From contig LURR01000004.1 in the NCBI GenBank assembly GCA_001628485.1, positions 4,499-68,498 on the forward strand: a stretch of DNA of 64,000 nucleotides, in the 5' to 3' direction. This stretch comes from Marine group II euryarchaeote REDSEA-S11_B3N4 (GTDB taxonomy: Archaea > Thermoplasmatota > Poseidoniia > Poseidoniales > Thalassarchaeaceae). Under the pieces are notes generated by a model, which did not search any database, had not been told where the DNA came from, and saw only the letters and a list, made by a program, of their open reading frames with translations. The position numbers were made by a program, and so were the translations under genes. Positions 1 through 8,830 of the stretch are shown here, in pieces; position 1 is the first letter of the stretch, and every line of letters starts with the position of its first letter.

Positions 1-1444
1 GATGAGAATTGATATGGTAAATGGTCGAAAATTACTAGTCTAAGATTCTGCTTTGATGCAATCCTAGACATTAATTCGCTTGTCAAATCATGTCTGATCT
101 CTATTACTAACGGGATTGAATCATTATCCATGGACCACCTGATGATAGACTCTGTTGCGTTTTTACTCAGACCCCTCAACTCGATTGATCTGATTCCCGA
201 TTCGTCGTTTGAGAATTTTCTTCCCGCCCAATCCTTCCTAAATTTTCTAATCGTAGACTCTGGAACCTTTATTCTTCTAGAGGATGAAATCCTATCAATC
301 AACGAGTTTAACCTCCTTCTCCTTTCAGACTCTGAAAGCCTAGGATGGGCTTTCTCAATCCAATATCTAAGTGCCCCAATTGGGTATTCTTCGCCTTCCA
401 CTCCCAATCCTCTGAGATCTGCAATGACCAGCGAGTTTGACCTGGCTGATCTCAGTAGAACAGAAAGTGGAAGCCTTTCCTTGATGGTAGCAGCGATGGG
501 TTGAGTTGGCCTAACATCTGGAGAATTGCTATGAGGTGAGCCAAGAGTCCAATCTCCTCTGTGATGGGTGGCCTCGTCCAATGGGGCACTGTAAATCTGG
601 TTTGGTTGAGAAAACCATTCTCCCGGTGAAATTATCGATTTAGTAGATTGGTGCAGGAGCTTAGCCCTGATAACTCCGAAGATTTGTGGTTTTTCTGCAT
701 ATGACTCTATACTTCCTGGGTCGACAAACTCCGGAGGTGAATCTAGGATTATCATTTTCTCTCTGTCGAACCAACGAGGGGTGGCCTCAGAGAGAACTGC
801 CCAACTCCAAGAGACCCCTTTGTTTCTTGTGGACATAGTAGTCTCTGAGATTAGGGTCGCTATTCGGTTTGGAATCTGCACCAAGGGTTCTCTTGGAACG
901 CTCAAAAAACACAAAGTTAGATTTTCTTCGTCCCTCGACAACACACAGCAGTAATCTGAGTTTGAGGATGGCGCCTTCAACTCAATTACTTTCGACCACT
1001 CGTCATCCTCTAGAGCCCTCCAACCATCCTCCGTAAGTCTGATTCTTCCACCCCTGGAACCAGGAGGGAGGTCACTCGTAGCTAGCCCCTCGGCCCTCAT
1101 ACGACTGATTTCAGCAGAAACGTGAGGCATTCTAAGTCCTGATTCTGAGGACAAAAGAGAGACTGTGGCTTCACCATCCGAGAGCAGGGAGAGAATCCTG
1201 CGACGGTGCTTACTTCTGATTTTCTTCGGATCATCATGGACGAATCTATAGGAAGCATCTGACACGAAAAAACACCTACAGAACGATACTCCATGAAAGA
1301 TAGTAATAAAATATTTGTTTTAGTTACATTTAGTTATAGTTTTCCAGTGGAAATATCAGTCATTGGAATGTGCAGTGGAAAAAACATATAGAAAAGGCAA
1401 AAAAACTGTCATTATTTGTAACCAAGAAGAGAAAAAACATACAG

Positions 1445-1490
1445 AAGCATTATATTACCATCCGCTATCCTGAGAAAAGCGGACATTGTG
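1445..1490 (+). promoter_or_regulatory. putative archaeal promoter: TATA-like box plus palindrome upstream of small wHTH-like gene
   Basis: TATATTA at 1451-1457 inside an AT-rich region. Inverted repeat CCGCT(n11)AGCGG at 1462-1482 lies between the TATA-like element and ATG 1520. Confidence 0.25.
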
Positions 1491-1519
1491 GGAGTCCCAG
1501 AAACAAGAAGAGTGAGAAT

Positions 1520-1774
1520 ATGAGGACCACAAGACTGAGGCAAAAGATCAAGAAATTCTTAGACGAAAGAGGAGAGGCGAACACCACCGAAATACTAGAA
1601 CATGTTAACTCAACTATGAGGCATGGGACTACTCCGCAGCAGCTAGGGAATGTTCTTTCAAAGGACAAAGACATACTGAAGGTGGCCACGACAAAGAGGG
1701 GTGGAGCACTTTCTGGTAGATACGAAATCTGTGTCTGGCAGGTTCGCCCGGGCGCATTGGAAGAGAAGGTCTAA
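1520..1774 (+). CDS. small basic protein, possible winged-helix DNA-binding protein (hypothetical)
   Basis: 84-aa ORF from ATG 1520; the track ORF starts at 1370 but the upstream part is Lys-rich translation of A-rich DNA. Helix-turn-helix-like segment TTEILEHV...TPQQLGNVLSK and a wing-like KRGGALSGRYEICVW. AT-rich promoter-like DNA upstream. No family recognised. Confidence 0.4.
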   Translation: MRTTRLRQKIKKFLDERGEANTTEILEHVNSTMRHGTTPQQLGNVLSKDKDILKVATTKRGGALSGRYEICVWQVRPGALEEKV

Positions 1775-2794
1775 TCACGTCTCTAGGTCCTGACTCCAGT
1801 CACCAAATCTGGCCAAGCTATTCATCTTCGCCCTATGCAAAAATGCTGCTTGGCTAGATATATCAGAATCTTCAGTATCCTCTGCCCACTTTCGTAGGGC
1901 GTCTGCTTGTAGCGCCCTACCATAGGAGTACGATAGTTCCCAAGGGTGCTCTTGAGTCATCTTATTCATCAAATTGAGGTGTGCTGTCGCATCTTCGTCA
2001 GATTGTCCTCCAGATAGGAATACTATCCCGGGGAGATCGTGAGGAACATGATTTGTTAGACATTCGACAGTGAGATTTGCAACCTCCTCTCGAGAAATCT
2101 GATTCTCACAATCATTGCCTTGAATTATCATATTTGGCTTAAGCAAAGCTCCCGGAATATGTACGCCTTGGCTTTCACACTCAGAGAATGTAGCGTCCAA
2201 AATTTCTGCCGTTACTTCGTAGCATCTTCTAGCATCATGGTCTCCGTCCATCAGAACCTCTGGTTCAATTATGGGAACTAGCCCTTGCTCCTGGCAGATT
2301 GCTGAGTACCTTGCCAAAGCATGTGCATTCGTGGTAATGCACGCTTTGGTTGGAAGTCCTGCATCGATCCTAATTACCGCACGCCATTTAGCGAATCTGG
2401 CACCCATTGCGAAATACTCAGAACATCTTTCTCTAAGTCCGTCGAGTCCCTCCGTGATTTTCTCACCCTCATGATTGGCCAGTTCCTTTGCTCCGGTATC
2501 GACCTTTATTCCTGGAAGAATTCCTCTATTGGAAAGTTCGGAGGGTATTGGAGTCCCGTCTTTCATTGTCTGACGGATCGTTTCGTCGAATAGTATAACA
2601 CCACTAATTGCAGATTCATAACCCTCCGTGGAGAAGAGATTGGCACGGTATGCCCTTCTGGTCTCAGATGATGCTTCCACACCTACTGCTTCCAAGCGAT
2701 TGGACATCGTCCCGTTACTCTCATCTGCAGCAAGTATGCCTCTTCCTGGAGAGACCAAAAATCTAGCATTTTTTTCCAACAATTCCCTATCCAT
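1775..2794 (-). CDS. fba: fructose-bisphosphate aldolase, class I (Schiff-base, eukaryote-type glycolytic family)
   Basis: 339 aa. N-terminal GILAADES motif and the Schiff-base lysine motif ALLKPNMIIQG, both typical of class I FBA (PF00274). Confidence 0.9.
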   Translation of the reverse strand: MDRELLEKNARFLVSPGRGILAADESNGTMSNRLEAVGVEASSETRRAYRANLFSTEGYESAISGVILFDETIRQTMKDGTPIPSELSNRGILPGIKVDTGAKELANHEGEKITEGLDGLRERCSEYFAMGARFAKWRAVIRIDAGLPTKACITTNAHALARYSAICQEQGLVPIIEPEVLMDGDHDARRCYEVTAEILDATFSECESQGVHIPGALLKPNMIIQGNDCENQISREEVANLTVECLTNHVPHDLPGIVFLSGGQSDEDATAHLNLMNKMTQEHPWELSYSYGRALQADALRKWAEDTEDSDISSQAAFLHRAKMNSLARFGDWSQDLET

Positions 2795-2879
2795 CTTTTT
2801 TCCTCGGAGTATTGGAGGGGGCCGTAAGAAAAGAAACCATCGTCAATGTTTTTTTGTAATGGAAAGGAGAATAGCCCCT

Positions 2880-3827
2880 CTAAATTGTAGTTGAAACGAA
2901 GTAGTGTTCTTTTGATTTGACGTCTATAATCTCGGAATGAACGCTGTAGGACCCTCGTCCAAGGTCTTCAACTCCTTTTGTTCTGCCGTCGCAAACACCT
3001 GTACCAATGAAAACCGAGTCTTCCGTCGAACAGAGTTCGTCCCGAGACCAGATTCTCTCTATATCTCCTTCAATCATTTCCTCTGCTCTCTCCCGGTGTC
3101 CTTCGTTCTTGAAAACAAGTCTTCCCTCAAATGGAGCATCGAGACCTCTCAGAGCCGTTGCTGTAATCACTCCCTCCGGGGCTGCCCCTATCCCCATCAA
3201 CATATCAATTTCTGAATCAGGATCTGCAGCGTTCAGTGCTGCAGCTATGTCCCCATCACCAATCAGTACTGGAGAAATTCCCATATCCTTCAGATTTCTA
3301 ATCAAATCTTCATGCCTAGGTCTGTCCATCACCACTACTTGCATGTCGGATGGGCGCTTACCCAATGCATCTGAGGCCCCCTCAATGTTGTAATCGACAT
3401 CTGCTTCCAGGCTAATAGCATCGAATATCTCTGAAGGTCCTGCTATCTTGTCCATGTAGCAATCCGGAGCATGCAATAGAGACCCCCGTGGGGCTGCGGC
3501 CAGTACTGCCATTGCATTTGGGAGATCGTTTGCTACGTGATTGGTACATTCGAGAGGATCAACAGCGATGTCTATCGATGGAGCATTTGGATCTCCTTGC
3601 TTAGATCCTAGAGGCTCTCCGATCCATAACATCGGAGCGTCGTCCCTTTCACCCTCACCAATGGCAACTCTGCCATCGAAAGGAACAGAGTCGAAGATTG
3701 CACGCATTGCTTCGACGGCGGCTCCGTCGGCCCCCTTTCCATCCCCTAGCCCTCTCCAACTTGAAGCAGCGATAGCTGCAGCCTCTGTGGCCTTGAGAAA
3801 ATCTGGAATTAGGTCTGCCGTCGGCAT
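2880..3827 (-). CDS. glpX: fructose-1,6-bisphosphatase class II (GlpX-type)
   Basis: 315 aa. DIAVDPLECTNHVAN metal-binding motif, GlpX-like length and glycine-rich segments. Co-oriented directly downstream of the aldolase. Confidence 0.85.
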   Translation of the reverse strand: MPTADLIPDFLKATEAAAIAASSWRGLGDGKGADGAAVEAMRAIFDSVPFDGRVAIGEGERDDAPMLWIGEPLGSKQGDPNAPSIDIAVDPLECTNHVANDLPNAMAVLAAAPRGSLLHAPDCYMDKIAGPSEIFDAISLEADVDYNIEGASDALGKRPSDMQVVVMDRPRHEDLIRNLKDMGISPVLIGDGDIAAALNAADPDSEIDMLMGIGAAPEGVITATALRGLDAPFEGRLVFKNEGHRERAEEMIEGDIERIWSRDELCSTEDSVFIGTGVCDGRTKGVEDLGRGSYSVHSEIIDVKSKEHYFVSTTI

Positions 3828-3851
3828 GCCCTTGTGAGGGGGTCATAGAAT

Positions 3852-4355
3852 TCAATCCTGCGGATGTGCCTTCTTCTTTCTTATGACTCGGATATCCTCA
3901 ATTCTTACTTCGGGATACTGCCCTTCCTTATCCTTCTCTATTGGCTTCAACATGTCCCAAGCGCAAAGCAAACCAGCGCTTACTCCACACAGAGCTTCCA
4001 TCTCGACACCGGTTGTCCAATGAGTCCTTACTGTAACATTACACCTTAGTCCTCTTTCTTCCAATACCCACTCCACGTGGCATCCCTCGATGGGTATTGG
4101 GTGACAGTGGGGAAGGGTGCGTGAGGTCTCTTTGACTGCCTGAATTGCAGAAATAGTTGAGGCTTCGCGGACATCTCCCTTGGGAGAAGACCCATTTGCC
4201 ACTGCCTCAATAGATTCTGACTTTAGCAGAATCATGCCAGTAGCAATGGCCTCCCTCTGCACAATTGGTTTTGAACCCACGTCAACTATTCCAGACCAAC
4301 TGTCTCCCATCACTTCACCGCCCTTTCGGAATAGGTCCACCCTATTCAGGCACAC
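3852..4355 (-). CDS. moaC: cyclic pyranopterin monophosphate synthase accessory protein MoaC
   Basis: 167 aa. IVDVGSKPIVQREAIA and GVEMEALCGVSAGLLCAWDMLKPIEKD match MoaC conserved blocks. The real start may be the internal Met (MGDSW...). Confidence 0.8.
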   Translation of the reverse strand: MCLNRVDLFRKGGEVMGDSWSGIVDVGSKPIVQREAIATGMILLKSESIEAVANGSSPKGDVREASTISAIQAVKETSRTLPHCHPIPIEGCHVEWVLEERGLRCNVTVRTHWTTGVEMEALCGVSAGLLCAWDMLKPIEKDKEGQYPEVRIEDIRVIRKKKAHPQD

Positions 4356-4383
4356 GGGACTTGGGTGGTAGATTCAAGCGGCC

Positions 4384-4803
4384 CTATCCAAGACCTGCTT
4401 TCCAGAATTCTCCGTCCTCTCTAAACTCTTTCTTCCAGAGAGGAGCCTGCCTCTTTAGCTCAGAAATTAGCCAAGAACATGCAGTAAAGCCTTCGGCTCT
4501 ATGAGCCGAACCTACATGGATACAAACTATCTCCTGGCCGGGTTCAACGAATCCAGTTCTATGTGAGATAACAATAGAGCTTACCCCGAATGTGGATATT
4601 GCTTCTTCTGCAATACTCTGAAGAACCTTCGGAAGTTCATCCTCCCAAGCATCGAACTCTAGTCCCTTAACTGGGACTCCATCCTCATTGTCCCTAGTTA
4701 ATCCAACGAAACTGACTACGCTACCACAACCCTTGGAGTCGATAATGCTTCGAAGTCTGGAGATATCCAGAGATTTACTGTCAACCTCAATATGGACTGC
4801 CAC
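4384..4803 (-). CDS. moaE: molybdopterin synthase catalytic subunit MoaE
   Basis: 139 aa. GSVVSFVGLTRD, HRTGFVEPGQEIVCIHVGSAHRAEGFTACSWLISELKRQAPLWKKE are typical MoaE blocks. Confidence 0.8.
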   Translation of the reverse strand: MAVHIEVDSKSLDISRLRSIIDSKGCGSVVSFVGLTRDNEDGVPVKGLEFDAWEDELPKVLQSIAEEAISTFGVSSIVISHRTGFVEPGQEIVCIHVGSAHRAEGFTACSWLISELKRQAPLWKKEFREDGEFWKAGLG

Positions 4804-4879
4804 GGCACCCCATGGGATTTATCCCTTGAAACCGACGGATGACCCAACCGTTCAAGCGAACATAGGAGGTCGCGAAACC

Positions 4880-6103
4880 GTGAGCGCCGAAGTCCACATC
4901 CTTGGAGCGGGCCTCTCGGGCCTCTCATCTGCAACGATATTGGCTAAAGCCGGGAAGGATGTTCACGTTCATGAAATCCGGTCAGACAGCGGAGCAAGGT
5001 TCGATGGGGACTTCCAGGGCATCGAGAATTGGACGAGCGAGGTTGACTTCTTCGAAGAGTTAGCAGATTGGGGATTCGACGCGACAGAGTTCAAGTCTGA
5101 TTCATTCGGGATTATTGATCTAATTCACCCAGATGATGTTGTGACCAATCCAAAAACGGAAGGCGTGGCTTTCAGAGTGGTTGAGAGAGGAACTGCGGAG
5201 CATACGATAGATCAGGCATTCAAAAGGATGGCCTTAGAGTCTGGAGTGAAGATACACTATGGAGTCAAGAAGTCTCCTGAAGAGTGCGACATAGTTGCCG
5301 CGGGACCCAGAGAGTCGAGTGCAGTTGCATACGGCGAGATATTCCATACTAGGCACCGGAACCTCGTTGCTTTCCAATTGAATGACAAGCTGGCCCCTGG
5401 TGCATACTCTTACTTGATTATCATAGACGGAATCGGACTTATTTGCACTTGTCTCTGGCGTAAGCAAAGGAATAGTGGGAGATATCTGGATGAAACAATA
5501 GCGTGGTATGAACGAAATTACGACTTGGATAGGGTGCCAATAAAGAGGGTCGGTGGGAAGGGGGACTTCGGAATACCTACCAAGTACGTCCACGAGGAAA
5601 GGCTGTATGTTGGCGAGGCTGGGGGCCTACAGGACTTCATGTGGGGTTTCGGCATGAGATACGCGATAACGAGTGGAGTGTTGGCGGCTAAGTCATTACT
5701 GGGGGAATTCGACTACGAAAAAGAAGTAAGGAGGAGACTCGTACCTCTTGTAAAGGCCAGCGCGATAAATCGTTTCCTGATGAATAGGGTTGGTAATAGA
5801 GGATTCAAGATGGTAGCAAACCAGTGGATGAGGGACCAGAAGAGGAGCGGGGACGGATTGAACTTCATGCGTTGGCTGTATAAACCCGGACTATTCAGAA
5901 GGGCATTGTGGCCGATTGTCAAGATTGGGATGCTGAGAAGGAAGGATCTTTCTGACGGCAGGGTTGTCCACAGGATGCCCTTCAGAAAGTCGCTAAAGCG
6001 AGATTCATGGGAACGCAGCATTGAGGCTGAAAGAGTTCGTGAGCAATGGAAATCCACCAGGAGCAAAGGAGGAGCTGTATCGTTCAAAGAGTCGGATGTA
6101 TAG
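4880..6103 (+). CDS. FAD-dependent oxidoreductase (geranylgeranyl-reductase/FixC-like) with Arg/Lys/Trp-rich C-terminal tail
   Basis: Rossmann dinucleotide motif VHILGAGLSGLSSATILAKAGKDVHVHE right after a GTG at 4880 with AGGAGGT 10 nt upstream. The longer track ORF (4688) would overlap divergent moaE. The last ~100 aa are strongly basic. Confidence 0.55.
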   Translation: MSAEVHILGAGLSGLSSATILAKAGKDVHVHEIRSDSGARFDGDFQGIENWTSEVDFFEELADWGFDATEFKSDSFGIIDLIHPDDVVTNPKTEGVAFRVVERGTAEHTIDQAFKRMALESGVKIHYGVKKSPEECDIVAAGPRESSAVAYGEIFHTRHRNLVAFQLNDKLAPGAYSYLIIIDGIGLICTCLWRKQRNSGRYLDETIAWYERNYDLDRVPIKRVGGKGDFGIPTKYVHEERLYVGEAGGLQDFMWGFGMRYAITSGVLAAKSLLGEFDYEKEVRRRLVPLVKASAINRFLMNRVGNRGFKMVANQWMRDQKRSGDGLNFMRWLYKPGLFRRALWPIVKIGMLRRKDLSDGRVVHRMPFRKSLKRDSWERSIEAERVREQWKSTRSKGGAVSFKESDV

Positions 6104-6120
6104 CCTAGTATTGTCTCCGT

Positions 6121-7014
6121 TTGATTGATATGGCTGGACTAAGTCGTGGGAGCATGACGTCTTGGCCAGAACTTAAACCCATGAAGAATCGTCTCGTTAA
6201 CTATGGAGAGACAGAAAACGGAGTCGCGATTATTGAGCTCATTTCCGATTCCGCCGGAGAGCCACTGGAGGGAGATAAGACACCGGTGAACACCTACACA
6301 AGGGAAATGTGGCACGACATTGACGATGCTATACTTGAGGCAAGATTCAATGATGACATATCGGTAATCCTAATCACGGGACACGGTGAAAAATTCTTTT
6401 CTGCGGGTGCCAGCATAAAGTACCTCAACACTCTGTCTCCGAGATACAAGTACTTCTTCTGCCTGCACGCCAACGAGACCCTGTCCCGTTTGGAGCAGAC
6501 TCCCAAGTTGGTCATAGCCGCACTTAACGGACATACGGTTGGGGGCGGACTTGAGATTGCCATGGCCGCTGACATTCGGATAGCCAGAAAGGGCAATTAC
6601 CAGGTAGGACTGCCTGAGGTCGCTCTCGGAGTATTGGCAGGTACAGGTGGAACGGCTAGACTGTCTAGACTTGTTGGAAAGGCCAAAGCGATGGAGATAA
6701 TGGTTACAGGAAGGAAGTTCTCCTTCGAGGAATCTAGGGAAATGGATCTAGTCCACGACATCTATGACTCACTGAGCCTAGATGAGTTTAGGCAGGACGT
6801 TCTTGACTATGCTGGAAGGTTCTCGCTACCATTCGCAGCCTCAAAGGCAATAGGGAACATCAAGAGAAGCGTGCAGAGTGGTATGGAGATACCGCTTGAG
6901 TACCATCTTGCTCTTGAAAGAGAGTTGCAATCTGATCTATTCCAATCAGAAGACGCTAAGGAAGGGATCAAGGCATACGTTGACAGGAAGACGCCCAGGT
7001 TTGAAGGAAAGTAG
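6121..7014 (+). CDS. enoyl-CoA hydratase/isomerase (crotonase) family protein
   Basis: 297 aa. Crotonase fold signatures: ILITGHGEKFFSAGASIKYL, the oxyanion-hole region ALNGHTVGGGLEIAMAADIRIA, and C-terminal helix EGIKAYVDRKTPRF. Confidence 0.8.
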   Translation: MIDMAGLSRGSMTSWPELKPMKNRLVNYGETENGVAIIELISDSAGEPLEGDKTPVNTYTREMWHDIDDAILEARFNDDISVILITGHGEKFFSAGASIKYLNTLSPRYKYFFCLHANETLSRLEQTPKLVIAALNGHTVGGGLEIAMAADIRIARKGNYQVGLPEVALGVLAGTGGTARLSRLVGKAKAMEIMVTGRKFSFEESREMDLVHDIYDSLSLDEFRQDVLDYAGRFSLPFAASKAIGNIKRSVQSGMEIPLEYHLALERELQSDLFQSEDAKEGIKAYVDRKTPRFEGK

Positions 7015-7075
7015 ACTCACTATTTGTAGAGAGGAAAAGCAACCTCTGAAATACCCCTTAATGTTGGGGTATTTT

Positions 7076-8218
7076 ATGGCAGAGACTGATGTAGTTCAGA
7101 ATTATCCGACAAACTTTGAGGCTTGGATCGAGGAGTTCAATGACTGGCAGACAAGAATAGGGTTCGACCCCTCCTGGTTGGGAGATTACAGGTTCGATAT
7201 CAAGTTCGATTGGGACACAGCTGGAGGGGAGATAGAGTTCGGTGACTTCGAAGGTATGCCCAAGTGGGAAAGGAGAATGCAGATACCCCAACAGAACATT
7301 ACTGATGCCATCATCAATATGGTGAGCGTGCAGGGAGACACCGAGTTCGCAAGCGTAGAGCAGCAGAATCACCTACTCGAAACCGCACCTACCGAGTACG
7401 ACAAGAAGTCTGCTCTGAGGATAATGTGCGAAGAGCAGAGGCACGGATGGCAGATGGCCTACCTACTGTGCACGTTCTTCGGAGAGCAAGGCGTGAGGGA
7501 AGCTGCCAAGCTTCTCGAGAGGAATGCACAGGAAGGAACTAGGATACTCGGGTCTTTCAACGAGCCAATCGATCACTGGCTTGACTTCTTTATGTTCACC
7601 CACTTCATAGACCGAGACGGAAAGTACCAGCTGAAGATGCTGAGCACCTCCTCCTTCAAGCCTCTTGCTGCCAGTATGGGTCCAATGCTAAAGGAGGAGT
7701 CATTCCACCTAGGTACTGGAGCAAACGGTCTTCGTAGAGTCGTCAAGCAAGGAGTAATTCCTTGTTCGCTCATCCAGAAATATATCAACAAGTGGGTCAG
7801 CACAGGATTGGACCTTTTCGGAACAGATGACTCCAGCAGTGCCCAATGGGCGTACGTTTACGGAATCAAGGGCAGGTACGATGAGAGAGAGGCTGGTACA
7901 GAGGCAGACAGAGAGCATCTGAACGAGGCTAGCAGGGACCTGTACTTTCAAGAGCTTCGGGAGGAGATGAGGAGGATCAGCAAGGCTCGCAAGGAAGGAG
8001 AGCCCGAGCTGTACATTCCTTCTGACAAATTCAAGAGAGGCATAGGAAAGTACGCAGGAAAGAATTACACTGTCGAAGGTGAGTCCTTCGACGGATCGGA
8101 AGAAGAATATCAGGCGTATCTGGATTCCGTCCTTCCTACTGACGAGGACGAGGAAACCCTAGTCAACGTGTACATGAAGGAAGACTGGATTCAGTACAGA
8201 GAGTGGAAGGGGAACTAG
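7076..8218 (+). CDS. ferritin-like di-iron carboxylate oxygenase, PaaA/BoxB-like (acyl/aroyl-CoA epoxidase family)
   Basis: About 380 aa from ATG 7076 (alternative ATG 7061; the track ORF from 6878 overlaps the previous gene). Two ExxH di-iron motifs (MCEEQRHGW and LKEESFHLG) about 95 aa apart. Blocks QGDTEFASVEQQ, DWLDFFMFTHFIDRDGKYQL and TRILGSFNE resemble what I recall of benzoyl-CoA oxygenase component B. That comparison is from memory, not a search. Confidence 0.6.
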   Translation: MAETDVVQNYPTNFEAWIEEFNDWQTRIGFDPSWLGDYRFDIKFDWDTAGGEIEFGDFEGMPKWERRMQIPQQNITDAIINMVSVQGDTEFASVEQQNHLLETAPTEYDKKSALRIMCEEQRHGWQMAYLLCTFFGEQGVREAAKLLERNAQEGTRILGSFNEPIDHWLDFFMFTHFIDRDGKYQLKMLSTSSFKPLAASMGPMLKEESFHLGTGANGLRRVVKQGVIPCSLIQKYINKWVSTGLDLFGTDDSSSAQWAYVYGIKGRYDEREAGTEADREHLNEASRDLYFQELREEMRRISKARKEGEPELYIPSDKFKRGIGKYAGKNYTVEGESFDGSEEEYQAYLDSVLPTDEDEETLVNVYMKEDWIQYREWKGN

Positions 8219-8232
8219 TCGGGGTGACTAAT

Positions 8233-8796
8233 ATGCAGCACGTTGCTCTATCTTCATTCGATAAGGACGCATGTCGTCCGTTCTTCGAAAGGCTGACTGA
8301 TCTTTTCCATGAGCATCATCACTCTCATGGTCAGGACTCGGCTTCATACGAGGAGTTGCTATACAAAGTCCGAAGACCATACACTCCTGAGATGCTTGAC
8401 ATGATTGACGATTGGATGGGTCTCGGAAAAAGAGAATGGAAAGAGGAAACTCAGCGAGAGGTATTGCTATCCCTATACGCAATCAAGTACCCGGACACCC
8501 TTCTTATCGAGAGCTTGACGGACAAGGCGAGGTCCGATGTTAGGAGGCTCTCCGCTTACCTTCACTTCACTCACCATACCTACTCGATATGGGACGAGGA
8601 TACAAGGAAAGGTTTGTCAAAGCTGGGGATTCAGATTCCTTCCCTAGAGCATGCGGACCCATTCGTCTACGGCGCATACATTTCATCAATCGAGCTTCTA
8701 AAGGACGTGGCTCCATTCACATGCTTCCTAGAGCATGATGTCCCGCGACAGAGGCTCTTCCAGTCAGCACTCGCGGCTTATGGGCGTGAAGGTTAG
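8233..8796 (+). CDS. hypothetical protein with His-rich motif, possible oxygenase accessory protein
   Basis: 187 aa from ATG 8233 (GGGGTGA upstream). HEHHHSH stretch. No recognisable family. Sits between the di-iron oxygenase and the 3-hydroxyacyl-CoA dehydrogenase. Confidence 0.4.
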   Translation: MQHVALSSFDKDACRPFFERLTDLFHEHHHSHGQDSASYEELLYKVRRPYTPEMLDMIDDWMGLGKREWKEETQREVLLSLYAIKYPDTLLIESLTDKARSDVRRLSAYLHFTHHTYSIWDEDTRKGLSKLGIQIPSLEHADPFVYGAYISSIELLKDVAPFTCFLEHDVPRQRLFQSALAAYGREG

Positions 8797-8830
8797 TACG
8801 GCTTATTGAGGGGGATACTCTCCGCAACTC

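Noticed and set aside
1370-1519. Upstream extension of the small wHTH-like ORF (MQWKKHIEKAKK...)
   Set aside because: The Lys-rich sequence simply reflects A-rich promoter DNA. The internal ATG at 1520 follows the TATA-like element and palindrome.
4688-4879. 5' extension of the FAD-oxidoreductase ORF back to 4688
   Set aside because: The extension would overlap divergent moaE by more than 100 bp. The Rossmann motif begins right after the GTG at 4880, which has a good SD-like AGGAGGT.
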